From assembly GCA_963741935.1 (NCBI GenBank), contig CAVUJY010000014.1, positions 18,039 to 82,038 of the forward strand: 64,000 nucleotides of DNA, in the 5' to 3' direction. This DNA is from an uncultured Bacteroidales bacterium. GTDB lineage: Bacteria; Bacteroidota; Bacteroidia; Bacteroidales; VadinHA17. Position numbers and translations under genes: made by a program. Positions 41,755-52,057 of this stretch are shown here, in pieces. Under the pieces are notes generated by a model. That model made no database searches. It saw only the letters and a program-made list of their open reading frames with translations, and was not told the DNA's origin. Positions within the stretch are counted from its first letter, which is position 1. Each line of letters opens with the position of its first letter.

Positions 41755-44700
41755 TTACTTATATTCATCCCAGCTCTTGATTTCGAGATCGTCAATACTC
41801 ATCTTGCAAAATGCCAGGATGAAAGCACTTGCCAGACGAGCATTGGTTATTAGGGGAACATTAAAATCCACTGCACTTCTCCGGATGGTATAGTCATTAT
41901 TTAATTCTTTGTCACTCAGGTCTTTAGGAATATTCACCACCAGATCCACCTCCCTCGACTTAATAAGATCTATGGTATTGGGCGATTTATTCTCATCTGG
42001 CCAATAAGCTACATGAGCTTCTACCCCGGCATTAACCAGGAATTCCTGGGTGCCTCTGGTTGCATAAAGCTTATGACCTTTTTCGCGAAGAGCTCTGGCA
42101 CTGTTAAGCAGTTCAACTTTTGAACGGGCAGGACCGGTGGAAAGCAGAATGCTTTTTTTCGGAACCCTGTACCCAACTGAAAACATAGCCTTCAGTATTG
42201 CTTCATAGAAGCCTTCACCTATACATCCTACTTCACCTGTTGATGACATATCCACACCAAGGACAGGATCGGCTTTTGCCAGTCGTGAGAAACTGAACTG
42301 AGGAGCCTTAACACCTACATAGTCTATCTCGAAAACAGTCTTATTGGGTATATCGGTTGGGATATTAAGCATGACTTTTGTGGCAAGTTCAATAAGATTT
42401 ACTTTCAGAACCTTCGAAACAAAAGGCATGCTCCGGCTTGCTCTCAGGTTACATTCAATAACCTTTATGTCATTATCTTTTGCCAGAAACTGAATATTGA
42501 ATGGTCCTGATATATTCAATTCTTTGGCAATCTGACGCGAGATACGTTTAATTCTTCTGGCAGTTTCAAAATATATTTTTTGTGCCGGAAATACCATAGT
42601 TGCATCACCAGAGTGAACCCCGGCAAACTCAACATGCTCGCTTATTGCATATGCGATCATTTCTCCTTCCCGTGCCACAGCATCCATCTCAATTTCCTTT
42701 GCATTCTCAATAAACTCTGAAACAACAACAGGATATTGTTTTGAAACCTGAGAAGCCAGTTCAAGGTAGTGCTTCAGTTCGTTTCTGTTCGAAACAACAT
42801 TCATCGCTGCTCCTGATAAGACATATGATGGACGGATGAGGACAGGAAATCCTATCCTGTCGACAAATTCAAAAATATCGTCAATAGAGGAAAGTTCCTT
42901 CCAGCGGGGCTGGTCAACCCGAAGATTATCGAGCATTCCGGAAAATTTATGCCTGTTTTCTGCCCTGTCGATAGAGACAGGAGAGGTACCAAGAACAGGT
43001 ACATTTTCTTTATATAGTCTCATGGCCAGATTGTTAGGTATCTGTCCTCCAACAGAGACAATAACACCTCCCGGGTTTTCAAGATCGATAATATCGAGAA
43101 CCCTTTCAAAAGTCAGTTCATCGAAATAGAGTCTGTCGCAAATATCATAATCAGTACTGACGGTTTCAGGATTATAATTTATCATAATCGATCTGAAGCC
43201 TTCCTTTTTAATGGTATCGATAGCATTAACAGAACACCAGTCGAATTCCACACTTGATCCGATACGGTAAGCGCCTGATCCAAGGACAATAACTGATTTT
43301 TTATCTGTTTCACATATTATATCATGCTCTGAACCGCTATAAGTCAGATACAGATAATTTGTAACTGCAGGATATTCGGCAGCAAGAGTATCAATCTGTT
43401 TGATATATGGTACAATACCTAATGATTTCCTGTGTGCTCTTACCTTCATAAGATCATTATTTATATTTTCAGGGCCCGATTTTAATACATGCCTGGCAAT
43501 CTGAAAATCGCTGAAGCCGTGTATCTTGGAATGTGAGAGGAGGTCAGCAGGAACTGAATCAAGGCTATTAAATGTACAGAGTTCATCCTTAATACTGATG
43601 ATGTTCTTTAGTTTATAAAGAAACCATTTATCAATCTTTGTAAGTTCATGGATTCTGTCGACAGGCATTCCGATTTCAAGCGCTTCAGCAATTGAAAAGA
43701 TTCTCATATCGGTAGGCTCTGCAAGCTCTCTCTCGATATCCTCAAAGCCCAGGTTGCGGTTGCCTGTAAAGCCGTGCATCCCCTGACCGATCATTCTTAA
43801 TCCCTTCTGTATCACCTCTTCGAAAGTTCTGCCTATGGCCATAACTTCCCCGACACTTTTCATACTGCTGCCGATAAGATGGGAAACCCCTTCGAACTTA
43901 TTAAGATCCCAGCGGGGAATTTTACATACTATATAATCAAGTGCAGGTTCGAAGCATGCTGTAGTGTTTTTGGTAACAGAGTTTTTAAGCTCATGAAGTC
44001 CATAGCCCATTCCAAGTTTTGCGGCAATGAATGCCAGAGGATAACCTGTTGCTTTCGATGCAAGGGCACTCGACCGCGACAGACGGGCATTTACTTCAAT
44101 GACCCGGTAGTCTTCAGAATCAGGTGAAAGAGCATACTGAACATTACATTCACCTATTATTCCTATATGCCTGATAATTCTTATTGAAAGTTCCCTCAGC
44201 TTATGATATTCAGCTGTTAGTAAGGGTCTGGGACGGTGCAACAACGATACTCTCACCTGTATGTATGCCCAGCGGATCAAAATTCTCCATGTTGCATACC
44301 GTGATGCAATTGTCATATTTGTCTCTTACAACCTCATACTCAACCTCTTTCCATCCTTTGAGTGATTCTTCAACAAGTATCTGATCGGCGTACGAAAATG
44401 CTTTGGATGCCAGTGTTCTCAATTCTTCAGTATTTGAAGCGAATCCACTTCCCTGTCCTCCTAATGTATAGGCAGCCCTGATAATAACTGGAAATCCAAG
44501 TTTATCAGCTGCCTTTAATGCTTCTTCAACGCCCAGTACCGCAATACTGCTGGGCGTTTTTACATCAATCTCATTAAGTTTCTTTACAAATAGTTCACGG
44601 TCCTCGGTATCCATGATTGCTGTTACAGGCGTACCAAGAACCCTTACGTTATACTTTTCAAAAATACCTGTCCTGTAAAGTTCTGTTCCACAGTTTAATG

Positions 44701-44977
44701 CAGTCTGTCCTCCAAAAGATAACAAGATCCCATCAGGCTTTTCCCTGGCAATGACCTTTTCAACAAAATATGGAGTAACCGGAAGGAAATATATTTTGTC
44801 AGCCAGCTCTTCCGAGGTCTGGACTGTGGCAATATTCGGGTTTATTAAAACTGTTTCAACATTCTCTTCTTTCAAAGCTTTCAGAGCTTGTGAACCAGAG
44901 TAATCAAACTCCCCGGCTTCACCAATTTTAAGTGCTCCTGAACCCAGGATTATAACTTTTCTTACTGCATCTTTCAT
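41755..44977 (-). CDS. carB: carbamoyl-phosphate synthase large subunit; one frameshift as assembled
   Basis: Two ATP-grasp halves, oligomerisation and MGS-like domains, 1074 codons in total. A single extra base at about 44215 splits ...APSQTLTN|AEYHKLRE... Confidence 0.95.
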
Positions 44978-44994
44978 TGTCGGAATTTGAGGTT

Positions 44995-45002
44995 CAAAAA
45001 TA
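44995..45002 (-). promoter_or_regulatory. putative -7 promoter box (TAnnTTTG) for carB
   Basis: The minus strand reads TATTTTTG, ending 18 nt upstream of the carB ATG (44977). Confidence 0.3.
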
Positions 45003-45039
45003 ACACAATTTTTTAATTAGGATTGGAAATTATTAAAAA

Positions 45040-45078
45040 ATGAATATATTTGCAAAATAAATGAATAAATATGCAAAA
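45040..45078. promoter_or_regulatory. two tandem ARG-box-like operators (ArgR binding sites) overlapping the argR promoter and start codon
   Basis: ATGAATATATTTGCAAAA (45040-45057) and ATGAATAAATATGCAAAA (45061-45078) match at 16 of 18 positions, and their starts are exactly 21 bp apart. Each is an imperfect AT-rich palindrome of the TGAAT-N-ATTCA/TGCA type. Box 1 contains a TATATTTG -7 box (45045-45052). Box 2 contains the argR ATG. Confidence 0.5.
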
Positions 45079-45547
45079 GACAGACAGGCTACTGGAAATT
45101 GAGAAAATAGTAAACGATGAAATTGTCTCTACCCAGGAAGAATTGCTGAGAAAGTTGAAAGGGAAAGGGATAAGCTGTACACAGGCTACGCTATCCCGCA
45201 ATTTAAGGCAACTGGGCATTGGAAGGATTGCTGATGGCAATGGCGGATACAAACTCGCTCTGTCGGAAAATGTAAGAGATAGCGGAAGTTCAGCAATTAA
45301 GATGAATATTGTACCTGTAGTACAGGACATTATTGATGCCAAAGGATTACTGGTAATGAAGACTCTTCCGGGAAATGCCAGCAGCACAGCATTTTTCATC
45401 GATAATGCCGGCCGATATGAGATAGCAGGTACAATTGCTGGTGATGATACCATTCTTCTGATACCGAGAGACGGGGTAACAATCCCCCAGGTTCATACCT
45501 GCCTGGAAATAATTCTTCCAGGATTACATAATAAGATTAAGAAATAA
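45071..45547 (+). CDS. argR: arginine repressor ArgR
   Basis: Intact 158-aa ORF with a winged-helix N-domain (QEELLRKLKGKGISCTQATLSRNLRQLG) and a C-terminal oligomerisation/arginine-binding domain (GTIAGDDTIL). Confidence 0.9.
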   Translation: MQKTDRLLEIEKIVNDEIVSTQEELLRKLKGKGISCTQATLSRNLRQLGIGRIADGNGGYKLALSENVRDSGSSAIKMNIVPVVQDIIDAKGLLVMKTLPGNASSTAFFIDNAGRYEIAGTIAGDDTILLIPRDGVTIPQVHTCLEIILPGLHNKIKK

Positions 45548-45568
45548 GAAGGATAAGAATACGATTGG

Positions 45569-45606
45569 ATTGCTTCGTTGTCACGCAAATCGTGACTCCC
45601 CGCAAT
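45569..45606 (+). other. intercistronic two-tier hairpin between argR and argG
   Basis: ATTGC-ttcgtt-GTCACG-caaat-CGTGAC-tcccc-GCAAT. Perfect 6-bp inner and 5-bp outer stems, with no downstream T-run. Confidence 0.5.
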
Positions 45607-45643
45607 GACGGGCAAAATTAGTAAATATTATAAATGTAAAAAA

Positions 45644-46876
45644 ATGAAAGAAAAAGTTGTTCTCGCATACAGTGGCGGATTAGATACTTCGGTAATACTT
45701 AAATGGTTAATTGAAAAAGGTTATGATGTCATAGCATTTGTTGCAGACGTCGGGCAGACTGATGATTTTGAAGAATGCAAGAAAAAAGCTCTTTTACTTG
45801 GGGCTTCAAAGGTTATTATAGGTGATCTGAAAAGGGAATTTATAGATGGATATGTTCTGAAAGCAATAATGGCAAACGCTATTTATGAAGACAGATATCT
45901 TTTAGGAACGGCCCTTGCAAGACCTCTGATTGCGAAAAAGCAGATTGAAGTTGCAAAGGCTGAGGGGGCAAATGCTGTTGCCCATGGAGCAACAGGTAAG
46001 GGTAACGATCAGGTCAGGTTTGAATTATGCTATTATGCACTTATGCCAGGAGTTAAGGTTATTTCACCATGGAAAGACAAGGAATTTCTGGATACTTTTA
46101 AAGGAAGAACTGATCTTCTGAAATATGCTTCGGAGAAAAAGATTCCGGTAAAAGCCAGCATCGACAAGCCTTACAGTGAGGACGATAACCTGATGCATAT
46201 CAGTCATGAAGCCGGTATTCTTGAAGATCCGATGTATACTCTTCATAAGAGTATGCTTGAAAAGATGGTCATGCCACAGGATGCTCCTGACAAGGAGACA
46301 AGAATAGTTATTCACTTCAAAAACGGAATTCCTGTAAAACTGATAAACAAAGAAGACGGAACAGTTAAGGAGGACTCCTATGACATGTTTGTTTACCTGA
46401 ATGAGATTGCAGGAAAGAATGGAATAGGTCTTCTTGATATGGTTGAAAACCGCTTTGTAGGAATAAAATCAAGAGGCGTTTATGAAACACCTGCTGCAAC
46501 GGTACTGCATATAGCGCATAAGGATATTGAAGGAATTGCAATGGACAGGGAAGTTATGAGACTTGTAAACATGCTTACTCCTAAATTCGCTGAAATTATA
46601 TATAACGGATTCTGGTTCAGTCCTGAGATGGATTTTCTGATGGCTGCAATAGAAAAGAGCCAGGAACTCATTGACGGAAGCGTACACCTCTGTCTATATA
46701 AAGGGAATGTTATAATTGAAGGAAGGGAATCACCTTCATCATTATACGATAAAAAATTGTCAAGTATGGATATTGAAGGTGGATTTGATCAGACAGACAG
46801 CAAGGGATTTATAAGAATTAATGCAATAAGACTGATGGCTCACCGTGCAATTGTTGAGGCAAGTCAGAAGAAATAA
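45644..46876 (+). CDS. argG: argininosuccinate synthase
   Basis: [16 protein letters not shown]..., [15 protein letters not shown]. Intact from the ATG at 45644. Confidence 0.95.
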   Translation: MKEKVVLAYSGGLDTSVILKWLIEKGYDVIAFVADVGQTDDFEECKKKALLLGASKVIIGDLKREFIDGYVLKAIMANAIYEDRYLLGTALARPLIAKKQIEVAKAEGANAVAHGATGKGNDQVRFELCYYALMPGVKVISPWKDKEFLDTFKGRTDLLKYASEKKIPVKASIDKPYSEDDNLMHISHEAGILEDPMYTLHKSMLEKMVMPQDAPDKETRIVIHFKNGIPVKLINKEDGTVKEDSYDMFVYLNEIAGKNGIGLLDMVENRFVGIKSRGVYETPAATVLHIAHKDIEGIAMDREVMRLVNMLTPKFAEIIYNGFWFSPEMDFLMAAIEKSQELIDGSVHLCLYKGNVIIEGRESPSSLYDKKLSSMDIEGGFDQTDSKGFIRINAIRLMAHRAIVEASQKK

Positions 46877-46928
46877 TATCGGTTTATGTTTATGCCGGGA
46901 TGGCCACCATTATCCGATAAACCAGGAA

Positions 46929-46997
46929 ACCCCTGCTTTAAAAGGGGGAGAAAGTAAAATTTAATACCTGACTTTCTCCTCCCTGATAAGCAGAGGT
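46929..46997 (+). other. intercistronic long imperfect hairpin between argG and argH
   Basis: The outer stem ACCCCTGCTT/AAGCAGAGGT (9 of 10 bp) encloses the inner stem GGGGGAGAAAGT/ACTTTCTCCTCCC (9 perfect bp plus an extension with a 1-nt bulge) and a 15-nt loop. Confidence 0.5.
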
Positions 46998-47050
46998 ACC
47001 ATAAAGGGGTGAGGTGATGGATACTTTAAAAATAAATTAAAATTATCAAT

Positions 47051-48409
47051 ATGAAACTCTGGGAAAAAGGGATAAATCCCGAACCTGCAATTATTGAATT
47101 TACAGCAGGGAAAGACCGTAAAACTGATCTTGCTCTCACAAAATGGGATATAATAGGTTCAATGGCTCATGTGATAATGCTTGAAGATGTGAAGCTGATT
47201 TCTGAAGATGAGAAAAACGGCCTTCTTAAAGCATTGCACTCGCTTTTTGTATGGGATGAGGAAGGAACCCTTGTTATTGAAAATGATGTTGAAGATATTC
47301 ATACTCAGATTGAGAAGGAGATGTCATCCATTCTTGGAACCACCGGCAGAAAAATACATACCGGCCGTTCACGGAACGACCAGGTTCTCGTTGATATCAG
47401 ACTATATACCAGGGAGGAAATAGATAAACTTTCTGTCTTAATACGCAGACTTTTTAAAAAGTTTCAATCGTTGAGTGAACATCATAAAGAGGTCCTTTTA
47501 CCCGGTTATACGCATATGCAGCCTGCAATGGTATCGTCATTTGGTATGTGGTTCGGTGCTTATGCTGAATGTCTTGCCGATGATATCCTGTTGCTCTCGG
47601 GTGCAAGAGCCATGAATAACCAGAATCCTCTGGGTACCGCTGCAGGTTATGGAACTACTCTTCCAATAAACCGGAAATTAACCTCTGAGCTGCTTGAATT
47701 TGATGATCTGCTCTACAATTCGGCATATGCCAGCCTGAGCAGGGGTAAAGTTGAAATGGCTATTGCCTCTGCTCTTGCATCTGTTGGCCAGACACTTTCG
47801 AGGTTTTCAATGGATGTTTGTCTGTATATGACTGCTGAATTCAGGTTTATTGATTTTCCTGATGAGTATGTTACCGGTTCAAGCATAATGCCTCAGAAAA
47901 GAAATCCTGATGTTTTTGAACTTATCAGGGCCCGTACAAATGTAATTCAGACGTTGCCTAATCAGATTGCGCTGCTTACCAGTAATTTACCCTCAGGATA
48001 TAACAGGGATCTGCAGTTGTTAAAACAACTGATGTTTGATGCTTTTAAGGAGATCACCGACTGTATTGAGATAATGTTATTGATGCTGAATAATATAAAG
48101 GTAAAAAAGAATATAACTGAGAATCCGTTGTATAATAATATTTTCAGCACGGAAGAAGTAAACCGTCTGGTAAGGCAGGGTATGCCTTTCAGGGATGCAT
48201 ATAAGTCTGTCGCAGAGATGGTTAAAAATTCATCATTTTCCAAAACAACTGTAACTGATTATGTTCATGAAGGCAGTATTGGTAACCTTTGTAATAAAGA
48301 GATAGCAGAACTTTTCGAAGCAAGGATGAAAGACTTTAAGAATACTACCGCAGCTGAGCTTGCAGATAAGATGATGCATCATGTGACTAATGGTTCAAGT
48401 CAGCCCTGA
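47051..48409 (+). CDS. argH: argininosuccinate lyase
   Basis: Intact 452-aa ORF with fumarate-lyase family signatures (TGRSRNDQV, GSSIMPQKRNPD). Confidence 0.95.
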   Translation: MKLWEKGINPEPAIIEFTAGKDRKTDLALTKWDIIGSMAHVIMLEDVKLISEDEKNGLLKALHSLFVWDEEGTLVIENDVEDIHTQIEKEMSSILGTTGRKIHTGRSRNDQVLVDIRLYTREEIDKLSVLIRRLFKKFQSLSEHHKEVLLPGYTHMQPAMVSSFGMWFGAYAECLADDILLLSGARAMNNQNPLGTAAGYGTTLPINRKLTSELLEFDDLLYNSAYASLSRGKVEMAIASALASVGQTLSRFSMDVCLYMTAEFRFIDFPDEYVTGSSIMPQKRNPDVFELIRARTNVIQTLPNQIALLTSNLPSGYNRDLQLLKQLMFDAFKEITDCIEIMLLMLNNIKVKKNITENPLYNNIFSTEEVNRLVRQGMPFRDAYKSVAEMVKNSSFSKTTVTDYVHEGSIGNLCNKEIAELFEARMKDFKNTTAAELADKMMHHVTNGSSQP

Positions 48410-48425
48410 TACACCGGATTAAGAT

Positions 48426-49511
48426 CTATTTTACTTTTGATTTTTCTATATTATCAATAAAAACATCGAAAAGAAAATCAGTATCAGTGGGTCCGCCGGA
48501 AGCTTCAGGGTGAAACTGTGTTGAAAAGAATGGCTTTGTTTTATGTTTCATCCCTTCATTTGTCTGGTCGTTTATATTAATAAACAATGGTTCCCATTCA
48601 TTTCCCAGAGTATCATTATCAACTGCAAATCCATGATTCTGTGAGGTAATATATGCTTTGTCAGTTCCTACCTGGAGTACAGGCTGATTATGACTTCTGT
48701 GACCATATTTCAGCTTATATGTATCTGCTCCTGAGGCAAGTGCCATAAGCTGATTACCCAGGCATATCCCGAAAACAGGTTTTGTCCGTCAAATGCTTTT
48801 CTGATATTATCAATGGTTATATCGCACATTTTTGGATCGCCCGGACCATTTGAGAGAAAGAGCCCGTCAAATTCTTCCTTATGAAAATCATAATCCCATG
48901 GGACCCTTATAATGGTTGTATCTCTCTTAAGCAGATTTCTGATTATATTATACTTAACGCCACAATCAACAAGCAGTATTTTGTATTTCCCTGATCCATA
49001 GACTTTTTTTTCATGAGTACTGACTTCAGCAACAAGGTTTACTTTATTAGGATCGTAAAAATCAGTTTCAGTACCTTCAGGTTCTACCTTTCCCAGCATT
49101 GCTCCTTTTTCTCTTATTCTTTTTGTCAGTGCCCTTGTATCAATTCCATAAATACCGGGCACATTATTTCTCTTCAGCCATTCATCGAGGCTTTCAGTTG
49201 CATTCCAGTGACTGTATTCAAAAGAATAATCTGATACGATCAATCCGGAAATATGTATTGATGAAGACTCATAAAAACGGGATAGATCATTTTCCTCCGA
49301 TTTTCCCGGGTGCACCATAGTTTCCTACCAGAGGATATGTAAGGCAGAGAATCTGACCTCTGTACGAAGGATCGGTCAGACTTTCCGGGTACCCGGTCAT
49401 TGCAGTATTGAAAACAACTTCGCCTGCAGCAGGTATTGGTGAACCAAAGGAACGGCCATGATACACTGTTCCATCTTCAAGAGTCAATTTTACGGGTAAG
49501 CTATTTTTCAT
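48426..49511 (-). CDS. carA: carbamoyl-phosphate synthase small (glutamine amidotransferase) subunit; 2 frameshifts as assembled
   Basis: N-terminal [15 protein letters not shown]...NTAMTGYPE, and a C-terminal GATase region (...HGFAV..., [13 protein letters not shown]). Three fragments total about 362 aa. Confidence 0.92.
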
Positions 49512-49529
49512 TTCTGTTAATATTTACTT

Positions 49530-50708
49530 TTACCTGATGGCAGAAACAGCTTTTTCGATCTGTTCCATTGCCTTCATAACAATCTGGTGAGTGGTTGCAA
49601 GATTCATCCTCATAAACCTTCTCCTCCCGGACCAAAAGATGATCCTTCATTCATTCCTACTCCTGCTTTTTTAATGAAAAAATTCTGAAGTTCCTTCCCT
49701 GTCATATTGAAATTCCGGCAGTCGAGCCACATCATATAGGTTGCCTCTGGTCTGACAGGAACGATTTCAGGGATCATCTTTATGCAGTAATCGTATACAA
49801 AATCAATATTATGGTCAATATAATCAAGTAGTCCGGATAACCATGAATGTCCCTTTGAATATGCTGCTATTGAGGCAATAGTTCCAAAGATATTACCTCC
49901 TCCGACATGCAGGTTTTCCATAACTCTGTTAAAGGACTTTCGAAGTGCGGTATTGGAAATAATCACAGATGAAGTTGATAGTCCTGCAAGGTTAAATGTC
50001 TTGCTCGGGGCAATACAGGTAATTGTAATGTTCGCGATTTCAGCTGACAGAGAGGCCACAGGAGTATGTGTAAACCCGGGAAGAGCAAGGTCGCAATGTA
50101 TTTCATCGGAGATAATCAGTATGTTATTCTCCAGACATATTTCAGCCAGTCGTGCCAGTTCTTCCGGCGACCAGACTCTTCCAACCGGATTATGGGGGTT
50201 GGAAATAATTATCATTTTTGTATTTCCGTCAATAGCGGCGATAAGCGATTCAAAATCCATTTCCCATCGGCCATCTGACTCTTTCAGCTGGTTATAAACA
50301 AGCTTACGCCCATGAGATTCAACAGCTGAGAAAAAAGGAAAATATACCGGAGGCTGAACTATAATTTTATCGCCAGGTTGCTGTAAATGCGAGTGTACAG
50401 AAGTTTATGGCGGGAACAATACCCGGAGAAAAACTTATCCATTCCTTTTCAACCTTCCAGCTATGTCTGGAACTTAACCAGTCGATAATTGAAGAATAAT
50501 ATTCCGGCGGCCTGAAAGTATAGCCGTACAACTCATGGTTAACGCGTGCACGAAGTTCCTCTGCAATAAAATCGGGTGATCTGAAATCCATATCAGCTAC
50601 CCACATCGGAATAACATCTTTCACTCCGAATATCTCTTCCCTAAGATCGTACTTTATGCAGTTTGTTCCCTCTCTGTTAATGGGTTCATCGAAATTCCAG
50701 ACCATCAT
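49530..50708 (-). CDS. MalY/PatB-type class I/II aminotransferase (cystathionine beta-lyase-like); frameshifted as assembled
   Basis: N-terminal NFDEPINREGTNCIKYD, PLP-lysine region IAPSKTFNLAG, and C-terminal ...RMNLATT...; about 393 aa after joining the fragments. Stop lies 18 nt upstream of the carA start. Confidence 0.82.
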
Positions 50709-51169
50709 AAAATGATATAAATTCAGGGGTCTAAAGATATACAAAAATCGGAGATGACGGAAAGTATAAAGTCAAAATGAAATATATGTTTTATGTGATT
50801 CAGTTAGTAATTAAAGATCTGTCAGTAATCAAAAGTCCGATTTAAAAATGTTCTTATTACAGAATGAACAATTTGTCCTGTTTTACTGTCTCTATTGTAA
50901 GTTTTACTTAAAGGGAAAGCTAGAAATATATTGTAAGACCAGACCCGTTTATCTGATTAAAAACAGTAGTTTATTACCAGCTTAATTTATAATATGTTTT
51001 GATGCCGAAAGCAGTATGATTATTCAGATGCTGAGCTATTTAATAAAAAGGTAACATTGGGAAATCAGATAGAGAATGTTTATGATTAAGTAAACTCAAT
51101 AAATTGAATATTATTTATTACTTTTATGGCAGTTTTTGAGTGATATTATACAACTAAAATTGATTTAAA

Positions 51170-51993
51170 ATGAAAAAGATTATTGCAGGTGTATTACTTC
51201 CATTCCTGATATTAAGTTTCACCCTTTTGACTTCATGCAAAAATAGGGCAGCCAACAAAGATCAGAAAAAGGTTGAATTGCAACAGGTAAAAACAATTGA
51301 GAATCAGATTGAAACCAATGTTTATCCGTTGCCAACATCAGCTGCTGTTATTAAAATGCTTACAGAACTTGAAGTTGGTTATATTATTGGTATTTCTAAT
51401 CCTGTGGAAAACGTTAAGAAATATTTCAGCAGCACCACAAGGGCAATTAATCTGGGTGTTTACGGAGCTGACCTGAGCTATGCAACACTTTATAATATTC
51501 AGCAGGAAGTAATAAATTATCTGAATGCAATCAGATCGCTTGCCAATGAACTCAATATGTCAAAAATTTATAATGAAGACTTATATGATAAAATCAAAGC
51601 AGAATTTTGATAACAGGGATGAATTAGTTAAGATTCTGACAGCTTCATTCAATGACACATATTCATATCTTAGCGAAAATGATCAGCAACCTCTGGCTCT
51701 TCTTGTTGTTGGTGGTGCCTGGGTTGAAGGAATGTATCTTACCACTCATGTTTCTGAGGCAGCTTACCAGGTTGCAGGTATCTCGAGGGTACTTCTTGAG
51801 CAGAAGAAATCATTTGAACTTTTCCTGGAAATTACCCAGCCATATGCAAATGATCCAAGTGTAAGTGATTTTGTGAAATTACTTGATCCGATGAAGGAAG
51901 TATATGCCGGCATTAGGTACTAGTCTTACAGATCAGAATATCAAGGATATAACCAGGGTAATTAATGATATAAGAAGCAAGATAGTATTATAA
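51170..51993 (+). CDS. lipoprotein of unknown function; 2 frameshifts as assembled
   Basis: Lipobox LLTSC. The remainder is predicted helical. Three frame segments (51170-51610, about 51600-51923, about 51915-51993) read as continuous protein-like sequence. Confidence 0.5.
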
Positions 51994-52010
51994 TTATTTC
52001 TTAAATATTT

Positions 52011-52044
52011 GGCCGCAAAGATTTCGCTTTGCGGTCATTTTTTT
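52011..52044 (+). terminator. rho-independent terminator after the lipoprotein gene
   Basis: Stem GGCCGCAAAG/CTTTGCGGTC with a 6-nt loop, followed by a T7 run (ATTTTTTT). Confidence 0.7.
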
Positions 52045-52057
52045 AGATGATGTCTTT

